Of a DNA stretch of 64,000 bases, positions 14,201-24,990 are shown in pieces. The DNA comes from Enoplolaimus lenunculus (lineage: Eukaryota): positions 434,001 to 498,000 of the forward strand of contig JASANG010000295.1 in NCBI GenBank assembly GCA_030248215.1, written 5' to 3'. Within the stretch, counting starts at the first letter, position 1; every line of letters begins with the position of its first letter. The notes under the pieces are model-generated. The model searched no databases, was not told the origin of the DNA, and saw only the letters and a program-made list of their open reading frames with translations. A program made the translations under genes and the position numbers.

Positions 14201-15308
14201 CCGCAATGTCATCCGTGGACGCGGTGAGGTTGATGATGAAGAAGAAGAGGATGATAATGGGGAAAATGTTGAGGAATTGAGTAGTGGGCGAAGGCCCAAG
14301 ATCCGGAATATTCGGGTAGCAAAGAATCGTCGGAGTAAAACGGCGGAAAGCACCACCGTAGAGAATTCCGGAGTCCGAGTCGCGAGTACGAATTGCCACC
14401 TCAATCGGAAGAAGAGAATGTATCGCAAAAAAAGAAACAAAACGTCACATTGGTGACGAAGGTGACGTTTCTCGTGATGGCACATGTGCTGCTGGCATGA
14501 GTACTACGGCGCAAGTTGGAGTACGCAAACGTTGTCGGGTACGCCATGCAACTCCACGAATCAACCACATAAAAAATGTTATGGTAGGGAACGCGAACGT
14601 CAGAGATCACGCGAAGGACGCTGGATCGGGGATACCGCAAAAAACGGCACGACAACGGAAATCAAGGCGCCGCCGTTAGGAATGGAAATCGTCGTTGCGA
14701 AAGAAAATTGATGTTCATGCATGTAAATACGTTGAAAGAATGAGACATTATTGAATGTTTCGTTATTGGTATATGTATGTAGTCATTAGTCAATATTATG
14801 CCATCGAAGCCGGTCGTTTGATCCACGTTGGTGAATTCACGGGTTAGCTAGCTAGTCGTATGGGCTTGTTTGCGGTTTAGTCAGTATTGTTTTCTTGTTT
14901 TCCAATGCATTATTTTTACTCTGGAGTTGGATATTTCTCGGATTCCACCTGAATGGTGACGGTTTGCTGTATTTTGAATTTAATCGAGATTTAAGTAAAT
15001 TCTGTGGTCGCGTATTGTTCAGTCGTTGGCTGGAATTTCCGTTAGTGAACTTTTGCAAAACTTGCGGATGTGGAGTTAATTTTAATGTGCAAATCCTTTG
15101 GGTCTGCAACCGTGTAACATAACTCCGTGGAAATTAGATTTGCGCGTGAATTTTTAGTAAACCTTACTGCCGTGTGGTTTGGACTGAGCCGTATCGAATA
15201 TTGGGGTAAGCCTACGTTGACCTTCGTGAAGATCTAAATTCACTTACGTTCGGTCCCAATTCAGATTCGCCGGAACCGACGGGGTCGTATCTAAAACCTT
15301 CGTTAACA
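11235..15308 (+). mobile_element. Decayed Ty3/Gypsy-like 3' remnant: integrase C-terminus followed by broken extra ORFs and a possible LTR
   Basis: VHASTAQTPFFLMHGRDP matches the Gypsy integrase motif H.STG.TPF.L.YGR.P and is followed by FTVGYIVILRN. The next ~3.5 kb is GC-richer than its flanks and contains stop-interrupted Cys-rich and charged ORFs. Boundaries are approximate. Confidence 0.45.
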
Positions 15309-16509
15309 TTTTGTGCTTTTGCACCTATAATTTAGATAGTAACATGAGACTGCCTGCGTACAGTATAAACTAATCGCATTTCAAATTAGACGGCTAGTCA
15401 AAAGCATCGAAAAGATGAAGCGACGGTGTAAGCATATTTACAAGTTTGCTATATGCCTAACGACAGTTTGTAAAGGCACTAGCTATGTGTTTACACGACT
15501 ACACAATCATGTTTTGACAGTAACAAAATGTAAAGAAAAATTATTTGGTACTACCAGTGTCGAAGCCATAAATCTGTACAACAAAAATGGATGCCGGTAC
15601 ATACAAAATCAAAAAAGCTGCACTGAAATAGCATCAAGATTTTAAAACATAAAGTAATTTCATTCCTGTCTGACAGGCTTCTATTGCGGACGCCCATGGT
15701 TTGAATTATGTGCCGAATGTCGATTCAACACCGGAGCTGGAGGCAGACCTGTTGTTTCATCAACCCTGGTGTCCTCTTCGCTATTCGGTTTCAAGCCATT
15801 ATTTATTTTTATTCTAGTTTGGATGACATGGATTCCTGTAACCTGACAGAAGACATTTTTTACCGTTTAAACTTCACTATGGGATATCCAGATGCCCGCA
15901 GTAAATGTTACAAATGGTCCAGAGCTGGGTGCGATCTATGTTATTTTATGAAACTCTGTTAGAATGTTAAATAGAACTAGATTCTTTACATAGCTCACGG
16001 ATAACACTGACATAACACTAAACATAATCTATAAAGGCCATTTTTACGGTCAAAGTAACCAGTAACCAGTGCGTCTTGACACTACCTATAAAAATAGGAC
16101 ACTGTATGAAAGGACTACTGTAGTACATTTGTTTTAGCAAACACTGTGTACAAAGAAATCATTTCACATGTAGTCATAAAAACCGCTAGTACTTACAGAA
16201 CCCCCAGTGCGAGTCTGCCTTTCGTTATTGGTCCATACCTAGAGATCTTGTTTCATGCCTAAGCTGCATGATGTGCGTTGTCATCAGGCCCGAATTATTG
16301 CATCGTTTTTCGATACTACTGTTATAAGGTGGTAGATGTGACATTTTTTTACAACAATGCTCGCTTGCATATAAATCGGTGGATGGCCCTTTAGTTTACA
16401 ATACTTCCATGACATGAGTATGCTGCATTAACGATACTCCGAGCAGGATGGAAACGGGTAGTAAAAATAACGAAAACAACAGAAACAGAAGCAGATAGTG
16501 ATAAAACAA

Positions 16510-17495
16510 TGGAACAGTAGGGACAGCGGGGAAAGCGTGACAATTGGAATAGCGGGACAGTCGGAACAGCGGGACTGTTGGGACAGCGGGACGGTCGGAA
16601 GGACAGTTGGAACAGTTGGGACATGGGACAACGGGACAGTCAGGACAGTTGGAATAGCTGCGACAATTTCGACAGCGGGACAGTTGGGACAGTTGAACAG
16701 TTGGGACGAATAGTGAGACAGTTGGACAGTTGGGACGGATAGTGAGACGGTTGGGACTATGGGACAGTCGGGAAAGTTGGACAGCGGGCCAGTTCGGACA
16801 GCGGGATCGTTGAGACAGTAGCGGGAAAGCTATGACAGTTGGGACAGCGGGACAGTCGGAACAGCGGGACTGTTGGGACAGCGGGACTGTTGGGACAGCG
16901 GGACTGTTGGGACAGCGGGACAGTTGGACAGTTGGACAGTTGGGTGGGAGAGCGGAACAGTTGGACAGTTAGACAGTTGGGACAGTTGGGACAGCGGGAC
17001 AGTTGGACAATGGGACACTTGGGAAAGCGGGACAGTTGGGACTGCGGGACTGTTGGACAGCGGGACAGCTGGACAGCGGGACAGTTGGGACAGTTTGGAC
17101 AGCGGAGCAGGTGGACAGTTGGATAGTTGGGACAGTTGGGATAGTTGGGATAGCGGTACTCCTATGCCAGGTGGGACAGCGGTACTTCTATGCCAGGTGG
17201 GACAGCGGGACAATTGTGAAAACGGAACAATTGGGACAGTAGGACAGTAGGTACTGTGGGACGTTTGGACAGTTCGGACAGGGGGACAGGGGGACAGTAA
17301 GACAGTTGGGACCTTTGCACAGTTAGCACAGTTGAACAGTTGGACAAGTTGGGACAGTTGAGACAGTGAGACAGTTGGGACAGCGGGACAGTTGGGACAG
17401 CGGGACAGTTGGAACAGCGGCACGGTTGGAACAGTTGGGACAGCTGGGACAGCGGAACAGTCGGAACAGCAGGACAGTTGAAACAAAGGACAGCT
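16510..17495. repeat. Degenerate G-rich minisatellite (GGGACAGTT / GGGACAGC units)
   Basis: About 1 kb of 8-9-bp units with strong strand asymmetry. Confidence 0.9.
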
Positions 17496-18728
17496 GGACC
17501 CACAGCAAGAAAAAGCTTCTCCACATAGACAAATTTTCTGTGGATCCTAAACAGGATGAAGGATTGTCGCCCACAAAACACCCACACTAGGCAATTCTTT
17601 ATTGCAACACTTATCCTGCTCAGTGTCAGTGTCCCTTGAAACTGGGAGTCAGGGTGTGCTACAACACCCCCATCAAAAGGAAAGTAAAGATTGCCCCTAC
17701 TACGGCACATTCTCAGTATATATGGGGTCACAGGGGTTGCAACCCCCCTTGAGAAAAGTAAAAACTGTCCCTACTACATCGCATTGTCAGTATATAGCTG
17801 GGTATAACCGGTGCGGCTCCGGCTCCGGCAGAAAATCGGCCTCCGGCTTTCGCTCCGGCTCCGGTAGAATTTTCGCCGGCGTTTCCGGCAATTTCGATAG
17901 TAAAATTTTGCATAATTTTGCAACATTTATCTATTTAGCGCGTTTCTTTTTACTTCCGTCACAATTTTCAGGAAAGAATTTCCGAAATTTCGCAGAAAAT
18001 TAGCGTAAAACTAAACAAACAACTTAACAACATACTGTAGATATTGGCTAAAATTAACTAATTTACCACCATTTTTACAACCTAATTTCTACTCACATCC
18101 TGCTCCTGCTCTGGTATTTTTCTCATGATATTCGCACAAATGTCACGCAGTATCATATGACAAACGTCTATTTGTATACGACGATCGCTTGAGAATTGAT
18201 TTGTAAACCAATGTCATGTGAAATTTACGTTTTGTCTACACAACCGCCAGATCATAACATTTAATGTTGACGTCGAATCAACTTGGACAAACGTGTTCCA
18301 AGCTGACCACCCAGTTATAACGTGATCCCCGCATTATACCTGAACACGATTACACAGGTCAAAGATGTGAGTGGGTAAAGTACGCGCGCTGCGCTTTAAT
18401 ACCTGCGGAAATTTTATTTTTTTACCTGTGGGTATACCCGCGTAAAATTCCTTTGACCGTTACCCGTCTTTACCAGCGCAAAATTCCTTTACTATTACCG
18501 TCCTTACCTGCCCTTATTTTTTCTTCCATTGCTGCTGTCTTTCAAATAGTCGCAAATAATTTTTGATTTAACAGAACATTTCATGAGTGTAATATTTATT
18601 TTTCACTCATACGGTAAGAACCACAAATTTTTAATCGCGCTTGCCAAAATTTTCTTACCCGTACCCGCATTACCCGCGGCTACTTGCGGGTAATGTGGAA
18701 CTCTGACACCACTGGGTGCATCTTAAAT

Positions 18729-18850
18729 TTAACCCCTTCTCACATTGAATTGCCTATAGGCAACTCAGCGCAGTGGATATACAAGTTCGAATCCTAGCAT
18801 AAAAGTAGGTCTCAGGGGAAATAGAAAATATTCATGTGAGAAAGGGTTAA
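18729..18850. mobile_element. Short internally deleted piggyBac-like MITE
   Basis: ttaa-ccccttctcacat...atgtgagaaaggg-ttaa. Same termini as the element at 49988-50258. Confidence 0.75.
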
Positions 18851-18937
18851 GCGAAAAATTTTCAGTTTACTATCTTTAATGTATGTAGCGACTTGGCCAA
18901 ATCGTTGTAAACAATATATACTTATTGGCTTAAACGA

Positions 18938-19347
18938 ATACCGTAGTGACCCAATTAAGAGGGCGGAAGAATGATATTTATATGGCCTCTCCAGGGGTAC
19001 CCCCGTTGAACCCGTACGGCGCTACCCTCCGTTACTGATATATCCCCTATTAAGGCAACTATCCGTTTAATTAAACGTTTATTTGTGTTGTGTCAAAAAC
19101 TTGAGCGATAAATGCAAGGTTATTATCAGGAATGTATTTTCAAACCTTAAAAGTATGCGTTAAAGTTTTGAACTCAACTTTATTTGGTCATGGAGGCATT
19201 TATGCACCACAGTTAGGGACAATTGACATTTATGGACTGTAATTAGGGTTTTGGCGCTCTATCTGCTTATGAATTTTATTAGAGATACGGACTCCTATTG
19301 ATTGAGACTGAAAATGGGACCCCCTCGTATTCGGATCACCACAGTAG
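18938..19347. mobile_element. TA-flanked MITE (Tc1/mariner-pogo-like); other copies at 55057-55497, ~53766-54407, ~56230-56388, ~48580-48722
   Basis: The TIR consensus tactgtagtgacccgaataagaggg occurs in inverted orientation at both ends. The internal sequence (aaaagcttgagcgataatgcaaag...atttatggact) is shared with the 55-kb copy. Confidence 0.7.
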
Positions 19348-19386
19348 TGATTAAAATAAACTAAACGAAACTGAAATGGAAAACGG

Positions 19387-19615
19387 TGTAAGAATTGTGG
19401 CATATTAATATAGTAATTATCATTAACTTCATAGTGCCGTATTACCATAACATTTTATTGACAAATGTAACAAACACGAATATAACAAAACTAAAGCACC
19501 GAAGAAGTCACAGTGATTTCCAAAAGGTTAGCCAACCTCCCAGCGCTTACACCGCCTACACTCAATTGCATATGCAAAACGCTTATTGCAGCTAGGCAAT
19601 ACATGCGGCGCCACA
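19387..19615 (-). repeat. 3' LTR (229 bp)
   Basis: tgtaagaattgtggcatatt...atacatgcggcgccaca. Both ends match 25625-25694. On the minus strand it is preceded by the purine-rich tract gtgggggtag (19616-19625). Confidence 0.92.
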
Positions 19616-20285
19616 CTACCCCCACGGTTAAAAGCGGAGCTATATGCTCCAGAAATTGAAGCATTCTGATTTTTAAATCGAACAAACTTTCTTACACTGA
19701 CATGTTCTGAAGGAACCGGGTGAACAATTTCTAATTTTGTCTTGTCCTTGCTTATTGCTTCTTCTGCTGCACGAAGCGCATAGCGTAATCTGCTTTGACG
19801 AGTGTGTTCACAAAATGTAAAACGAAATATATCAGCGTAGTGAACGAAAGCATAGCGATTTGTAATAAAAAACTGAACAGCGCGAGAGTATTTAGGCTGC
19901 CTTAAGTGCTCGAGCGGTGTTCCTTTAATGGTTACAATTCGAGCGGGCCACAATGGAAAATTCTTTACTTCTGCGTTAACAATACTACCAATTGGAAGAC
20001 TTTCCGGGTTAAAACAAACGTAGTTTGCGACCCGCGATCTCAAGCAAGACTTTTTCTCGTAATTTTCGTTAATTTTAAAATTACGAGGTGCATTACTCAA
20101 AATAACCTCTTCACTGGGCATGTCTAGGAATGCTGGCTTGATGCGATCGATTGAGATGCGATTCGGCACCTCATTCTGCTCAAGCGTGACGGTCTTTCCA
20201 TCTCGGCTAATGACTTTATGGGGCCCTGTGTATCGCGGCTCGAGAGAGTTCTTCGGAGCAGTATCTTTCACCCAACATATTCACA
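19528..20285 (-). CDS. pol: Integrase C-terminal region: GPY/F motif followed by a PWWP domain (~19760-20010)
   Basis: LEPRYTGPHKVISR...ISIDRIKPA is the GPY/F module. It is followed by PIGSIVNAEVKNFPLWPARIV...AVQFFITNRYAFVHYADIFRF...RLRYALRAAEEAI, which follows the PWWP consensus (G.LVWAK.KGYP.WPA.V...V.FFG...AWV...I.P). A frameshift near 20370 separates it from the integrase core. Confidence 0.85.
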
Positions 20286-20371
20286 TGATTGAAGCTCTTT
20301 GGGCACGTAGTTCGACACTCTGTGGTTGCGAACAGGTGCTGAAAAAATTTTCACACCCGACAAAAAAGATT

Positions 20372-21259
20372 CTAAAACGCATGTGAAAAAACTGGGCATT
20401 CTGGTGTATGTGAGGAAAAGTAGTATCCAGGCAGATCTAAAGTTTTACCGTATAACACCTGCGCTGAATTGACGCCATCTTTATTAATTGTGCAGCGTAT
20501 GCCTAAAAGTATGAATGGTAAATGCCGCGTCCAATTGACGGAATCACATTTAGCGCGTAGCGCAGCTTTCAGAACGCGATGAAAACGCTCTACTGCACCA
20601 TTACAAGCCGGATGATAGGCGGTTGTGCGTTTTCTCGTGATTCCATGTTGTCGCATCAGCTCATTCCAAACAGCGGATTCAAACTGCGCACCACGATCTG
20701 AAATAAGTATACGGGGTACGCCAAGCCGGCTTACCCAATTATTGATAAACGCACTAACAACTGAATTGGTTGACATGTCAGGCATTGGCACAGCCTCTGG
20801 CCATCGAGTAAATCTATCAATAAGAGTCAAAAGGTATGAACAACCGTTTGACCGAGGGAGAGGGCCAACGATGTCTATATGTACAGTATGTAATCTGGCA
20901 GAGGTCGGGATATTGCCGACCGGACTCTTCGTGTGCCTACCCACCTTACTGGCCTGACACTCCCGACAAGTTTTGCACCAGAGCCTAATTTCTTTATTCA
21001 TACCAGGCCAAATATATCTTTGCGCTAAAGTACGTATGGTGGCGTTCGAACCAGCGTGAGAAGTACCATGAAATTCCTGAAAAAGATGACGTCGCAAAGA
21101 AACAGGGACATAAACCCGATGTGTATTCGAAGTTGCATCACAAATCAAAATTTTATCATTAACAACAACAACTCTTTTAAGAGGTAATGAAGTGGTTTGG
21201 AAGAAATGCTGCAGAGAATCATCCTGTTTCTGTGCATCCGCAATGACATCGTCACACAT
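20372..21259 (-). CDS. pol: Integrase zinc-binding and catalytic (rve) core
   Basis: HHCC motif (FHGTSHAG...CRECQASK), VHIDIVGPLP, LIDRFTRWPEAVP, ISDRGAQF, TTAYHPACNGAVERFHR. Confidence 0.97.
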   Translation of the reverse strand: MCDDVIADAQKQDDSLQHFFQTTSLPLKRVVVVNDKILICDATSNTHRVYVPVSLRRHLFQEFHGTSHAGSNATIRTLAQRYIWPGMNKEIRLWCKTCRECQASKVGRHTKSPVGNIPTSARLHTVHIDIVGPLPRSNGCSYLLTLIDRFTRWPEAVPMPDMSTNSVVSAFINNWVSRLGVPRILISDRGAQFESAVWNELMRQHGITRKRTTAYHPACNGAVERFHRVLKAALRAKCDSVNWTRHLPFILLGIRCTINKDGVNSAQVLYGKTLDLPGYYFSSHTPECPVFSHAF

Positions 21260-21286
21260 GGAAGTAACGGCTGCACGCGAAGAACG

Positions 21287-22540
21287 TTACAGAGCATCAG
21301 CGACTATGTTATCGCTTCCTGCAACATGTACAATATTGCAGTTATGCTCAGAAATATAAGAAAGCCAACGACAATGCTGCGGGGTGGCATTTTTCATACC
21401 AAACGCATGAACTAAGGGTTTATGATCAGTCCGGATAGTGAATTCCGCCCCAAGCAACCAGTTGAAGTGTTTCAATGCGGCATAGATGGCCAATAGTTCC
21501 CTGTCGAAGGTTGACTTTTTTTGTTCGGTTTCTGAAAGTTTTCGAGAAAAAAATGATAATGGTTGACGTTGCCCATTAAGTAATTGATTTAAAGAGCACC
21601 AACGGCTATATTAGAAGCATCCGTTGTGATCTCAAGTTTAGCGTTAGCAATAGGATAAATCAATCTACAACTGTTATATAATGCAATTTTTAACGAAGAA
21701 AACGCATTATCAGCTTTCTGATTCCACACCAAAATGTACTTAGGCGTTCCTTTTGCGTTGCGAGTCATGTCAGTAAGAGGGGCCGCTATTTCCGAAAATT
21801 TTGGGATGAACCGATGATAAAACGCCGCCATCCCTATAAAACGCCTCAAACTCCGGACCGTAACGGGTTTTTCATACTCACAAATCGCGTCTACTTTAGC
21901 CGGTACTGGTCTAAATCCATTAGAAGAGACCTCAAAACCAATAAAGTTTGTTTTTGTAACCAAAAATTCGCATTTTGCAATTTTTAAACGCAAACCATTT
22001 GCCTGCAAACGCTCAAATCTTATTCGTAAATGGTCAAGATGTTGATGTACGTTCTCGCTTGCAATAATTACATCATCGAGGTATGCTATCGCAAACGGAC
22101 AGCCCTGCAGTACGGTGTCCATCAAACGCTGAAAAGTTTGCGCGGCATTGCGCAACCCGAAAGGCATGCGCTTATAGATGAAAAGCCCAAAAGGGGTTGT
22201 GATTGCAGTTTTCAGCCGGTCGCTTTCAGCCACTGGAACCTGGTGATAGGCGGACACCAAATCAACCTTCGAAAAAATTTTACAGTTCCTTAAACGGTTT
22301 ATCAAATCCCCAATGTTAGGCATTGGGTAGCGGTCTGGCACAGTCACCCTGTTCAGTTAGCGGTAATCGCCACAGGGTCTCCAAGGCACTATACTATCAG
22401 ATTTCGGAACCATATGGAGGGGAGACGCCCAGGGCGACTCTCCTCAATACACAATTCCTTGTTTTTCCAGTTGCTCAAATGATTTCTTTGCTATTTCTAG
22501 TTTTGCACCGAAAATTCTACGCGGTCTAGCAAAAACAGGG
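21287..22540 (-). CDS. pol: Reverse transcriptase and RNase H (frameshifted pieces)
   Basis: PDRYPMPNI, FSKVDLVSAYHQVP, TAITTPFGLF, MPFGLRNAAQTFQR, YLDD, TTDASNIAVGA, TDHKPL, GSDNIVADAL. Confidence 0.97.
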
Positions 22541-22795
22541 TATCCCTTAGTTTCAATCTGGTGTACGGCGGAATGTTGAACGGTGTCACCGGTTGACAAA
22601 TTATCAAAAAGTGCTTTATACTCCAATAAAATGCGCTGCAGTCCATTGTTCGGTTGATTTCCGATTGATAAAATGCTATTTGGACCGATACCACGTTCCG
22701 AGGAAGGCTCTAAATTTTGCGAGTTCCAACGATCCCCAGTAACTTGAGGACTCCGAACCAAACGAAAATTTCGGCAATCAACTATTAAATTATTT

Positions 22796-23111
22796 TTATA
22801 CCAAAAGATCGAACCCCAAAATTGGCTGTGAAACATCTGCAATTATAAAATCCCACAAAAAATTTTGTCGCAGTTGGGGAATACAAAAACTTATCGTTTT
22901 AGTTCCAAATGTGGGAACCAGTGAGCCGTTTGCCGCGTAAAAACTTCCTCGCTTCCGAATTAGAGTTTGAAATGTCCCCAGCAAACGACCTTGGCCAAAA
23001 ACTCTTTACACTACCGGTGTCTGCCAGAAACTCTCCGATTTTAGGTGCAGCGACTGTTATAGTGCGGACTCCGGTCCCTGTCGCTTGGGGACCGGAGAAC
23101 CTACATTTCCC
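22796..23111 (-). CDS. pol: Retropepsin-type aspartic protease (frameshifted)
   Basis: FLADTGSVKSF active-site motif, followed in another frame by AANGSLVPTFG...WDFIIADVSQPILGFD. Confidence 0.9.
23049..23111 (-). promoter_or_regulatory. -1 programmed ribosomal frameshift signal at the gag-pol junction
   Basis: Heptamer G GGA AAT (23111-23105) lies in the gag frame (P-G-N). A 7-nt spacer precedes a perfect 10-bp stem (23097-23088 with 23078-23069). Loop AGCGAC is complementary to downstream GTCGCT (23054-23049). The -1 frame leads directly into the protease DTG motif. Confidence 0.85.
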
Positions 23112-24098
23112 GGCCCGCGTACGATCCATTCACAAGATTTTCTGCAGTTACGAGCCCGTGGACCAAATCTTGAATGATAAAAACAAAGTTGTCGATTATT
23201 AGATCCATATCTACTCTGCGATTGTGAACCACGTGTCGAGCTAGAACGAAAAAGACCATGGAAACTTTGGTGTCCACTCGCCCGGTGGATCGGGCGAGAT
23301 CGATTTAGCCCACTCATCTGCCTACTTAGTTGGGAAATACAGTTGGACATCACCTTAATCTCCGACCGCAAAACAATCGACTTTGTCAGTTGGCTGATCC
23401 TCATTCGCAATAGCTACACACGTGTCCGACGTCAACCCTGGGGACAATTGCTCTAAAATTTTATCTGCTAAACTAGCCAACTTCTCAATGTCCATATCAT
23501 CCACAACAGCCAAAGAAATCCGAACTTTTTCGGGAAGAGTCGCCATAAATCGGAGCTTTACAAGTTCTGAGTGTCTCGGTGCCTTACCTTGTAGCTGACG
23601 CAACAAAACCGATGGTTAACGGTCACCCAAAGTTTGTTGCTCCAGCAGTTTTCGCAACTGCATTTCCTCACTCTGACCAAAAAACTTGAGCACGCAATCT
23701 TTAATAGCTATGTAACTGTCAGTGGCTTTAGTGCCACTGTCAATCATCACGTTAGTTGGAAGTGCGTTTAGTAAAGCATTCCGCTTTAACGTGTCCGAAA
23801 GCCCTTCAATGAGCGGCTCAATCTGCGTAAACCACACGCGAACGTCACGTTCGTAAAACTCAGGAAGCTTTGGCAGTCGGCCGTCAACAGTACTTTCCGA
23901 TGTTGTGGACTTTGATGCATCACCAGCCCACTTAATAGCCACACTTACTACACCTTGTGGCAAAACAGCTAAAGCATCCACGATTAATCTTTTTGTTCCT
24001 GGCATGACAAAATCCATATCGTGTTCATTTATCAGCTGGAGTGCCTTTGAAAGTATCTCTTTATCATACTTATCCAGTGCCTTAACATCCAGCTTCTG
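23057..24098 (-). CDS. gag: Gag (one premature stop at ~23616 and one frameshift at ~23400)
   Basis: LPKLPEFYERDVRVWFTQIE, LGDR*PSVLLRQL, and the C-terminal CX2HX9CX3C motif typical of CsRn1-clade Gag. Confidence 0.88.
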
Positions 24099-24150
24099 TG
24101 GGCCAGGATTGGGCTCAATTCCAGTCATAATCAGCAAAATTCTCAATTTT
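24099..24150 (-). other. 2A-like (StopGo) peptide no. 2, variant motif
   Basis: KLRILLIMTGIEPNPG/P immediately before Gag. It has G rather than D at the first position of D(V/I)ExNPGP. Confidence 0.7.
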
Positions 24151-24605
24151 GTAGCATGGCGAGCGGTAATTCCTGGAATAATAATGGCGCTCACATCAAA
24201 CTCCCCAGTAACTGGAGATTGGTATGATCTTGTTGCATGGGCACTATCAAACAACCAGATTAAAACAAACAATACATCGAAGAGGAAAATATAGCCTCGT
24301 ATCCACATTGTTAGTGTAGGGTGTGAGGCGCTACGCGGTTCAGAGGCGGTCTTTGTAGTGCGTATCCTTTGCTGCAAAACTTGTTTCGTCATCGGTAAAC
24401 TCTGCATTGAAATTGCCGCTGAATAACTACAAAAAATAGTTTGAGTTCGTTCACTTCCTTTGTGATCTCTTCGGGGCGCCTTATGACGATTCCGAGTCAG
24501 CGAATTCTCACAATCTTTGGTTAAACCTTGAGACTGAGCTGTGACAACATGGTTTAAAAAATTACCATGACCTTCACACAAACCACCAATTCTGGGGCGG
24601 TGAAC

Positions 24606-24949
24606 CTTTAGAACTTCATTAGCTAAGGAACAAATAATACGGAAACGCTGCGACCCAAGATGTATACCGCCGTACCATCGTGTGACAATAACAAGAATAT
24701 TAAATGTGCCAGACATCTCTAACAACGCCAAAAGTCGCCTACCTGCACCATACTCGCCATCATCCTGGTAACCGGAGTCAAGTCCCATCTCCTTCACAAA
24801 CCGATATGCATAAATGTTATGTGTAGCACACGCTACCTTTCTACTTGAAGATAGCAAATTATCAACTACCGCATGTACATCATTAACTGAGAATACAGTT
24901 GCTATATGAGCCTGAAAAGTGCTTTTCTTAAACGAAAATGGTGAGCCAG
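24606..24949 (-). CDS. IMPACT/YigZ-family 'ancient' (UPF0029) domain within the retrotransposon ORF1
   Basis: GSPFSFKKSTFQAHIATVFSVNDVHAVVDNLLSSSRKVACATHNIYAYRF...QDDGEYGAGRRLLALL...NILVIVTRWYGGIHLGSQRFRII closely follows the animal IMPACT C-terminal domain (STFQAH, ATHNIYAYR, DDGE..AG.RLL.L, V.RWYGGI.LG..RF). It is in frame with 2A no. 2 and Gag. Confidence 0.92.
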
Positions 24950-24990
24950 AAAAAAATTATTTTCGCCGCTGGGCTTACAATCATGCAAAA

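Noticed and set aside
16391..17731. Multiple overlapping ORFs rich in WD, GQ, VP or LSQ
   Set aside because: Translations of the GGGACAGTT minisatellite, open in several frames on both strands.
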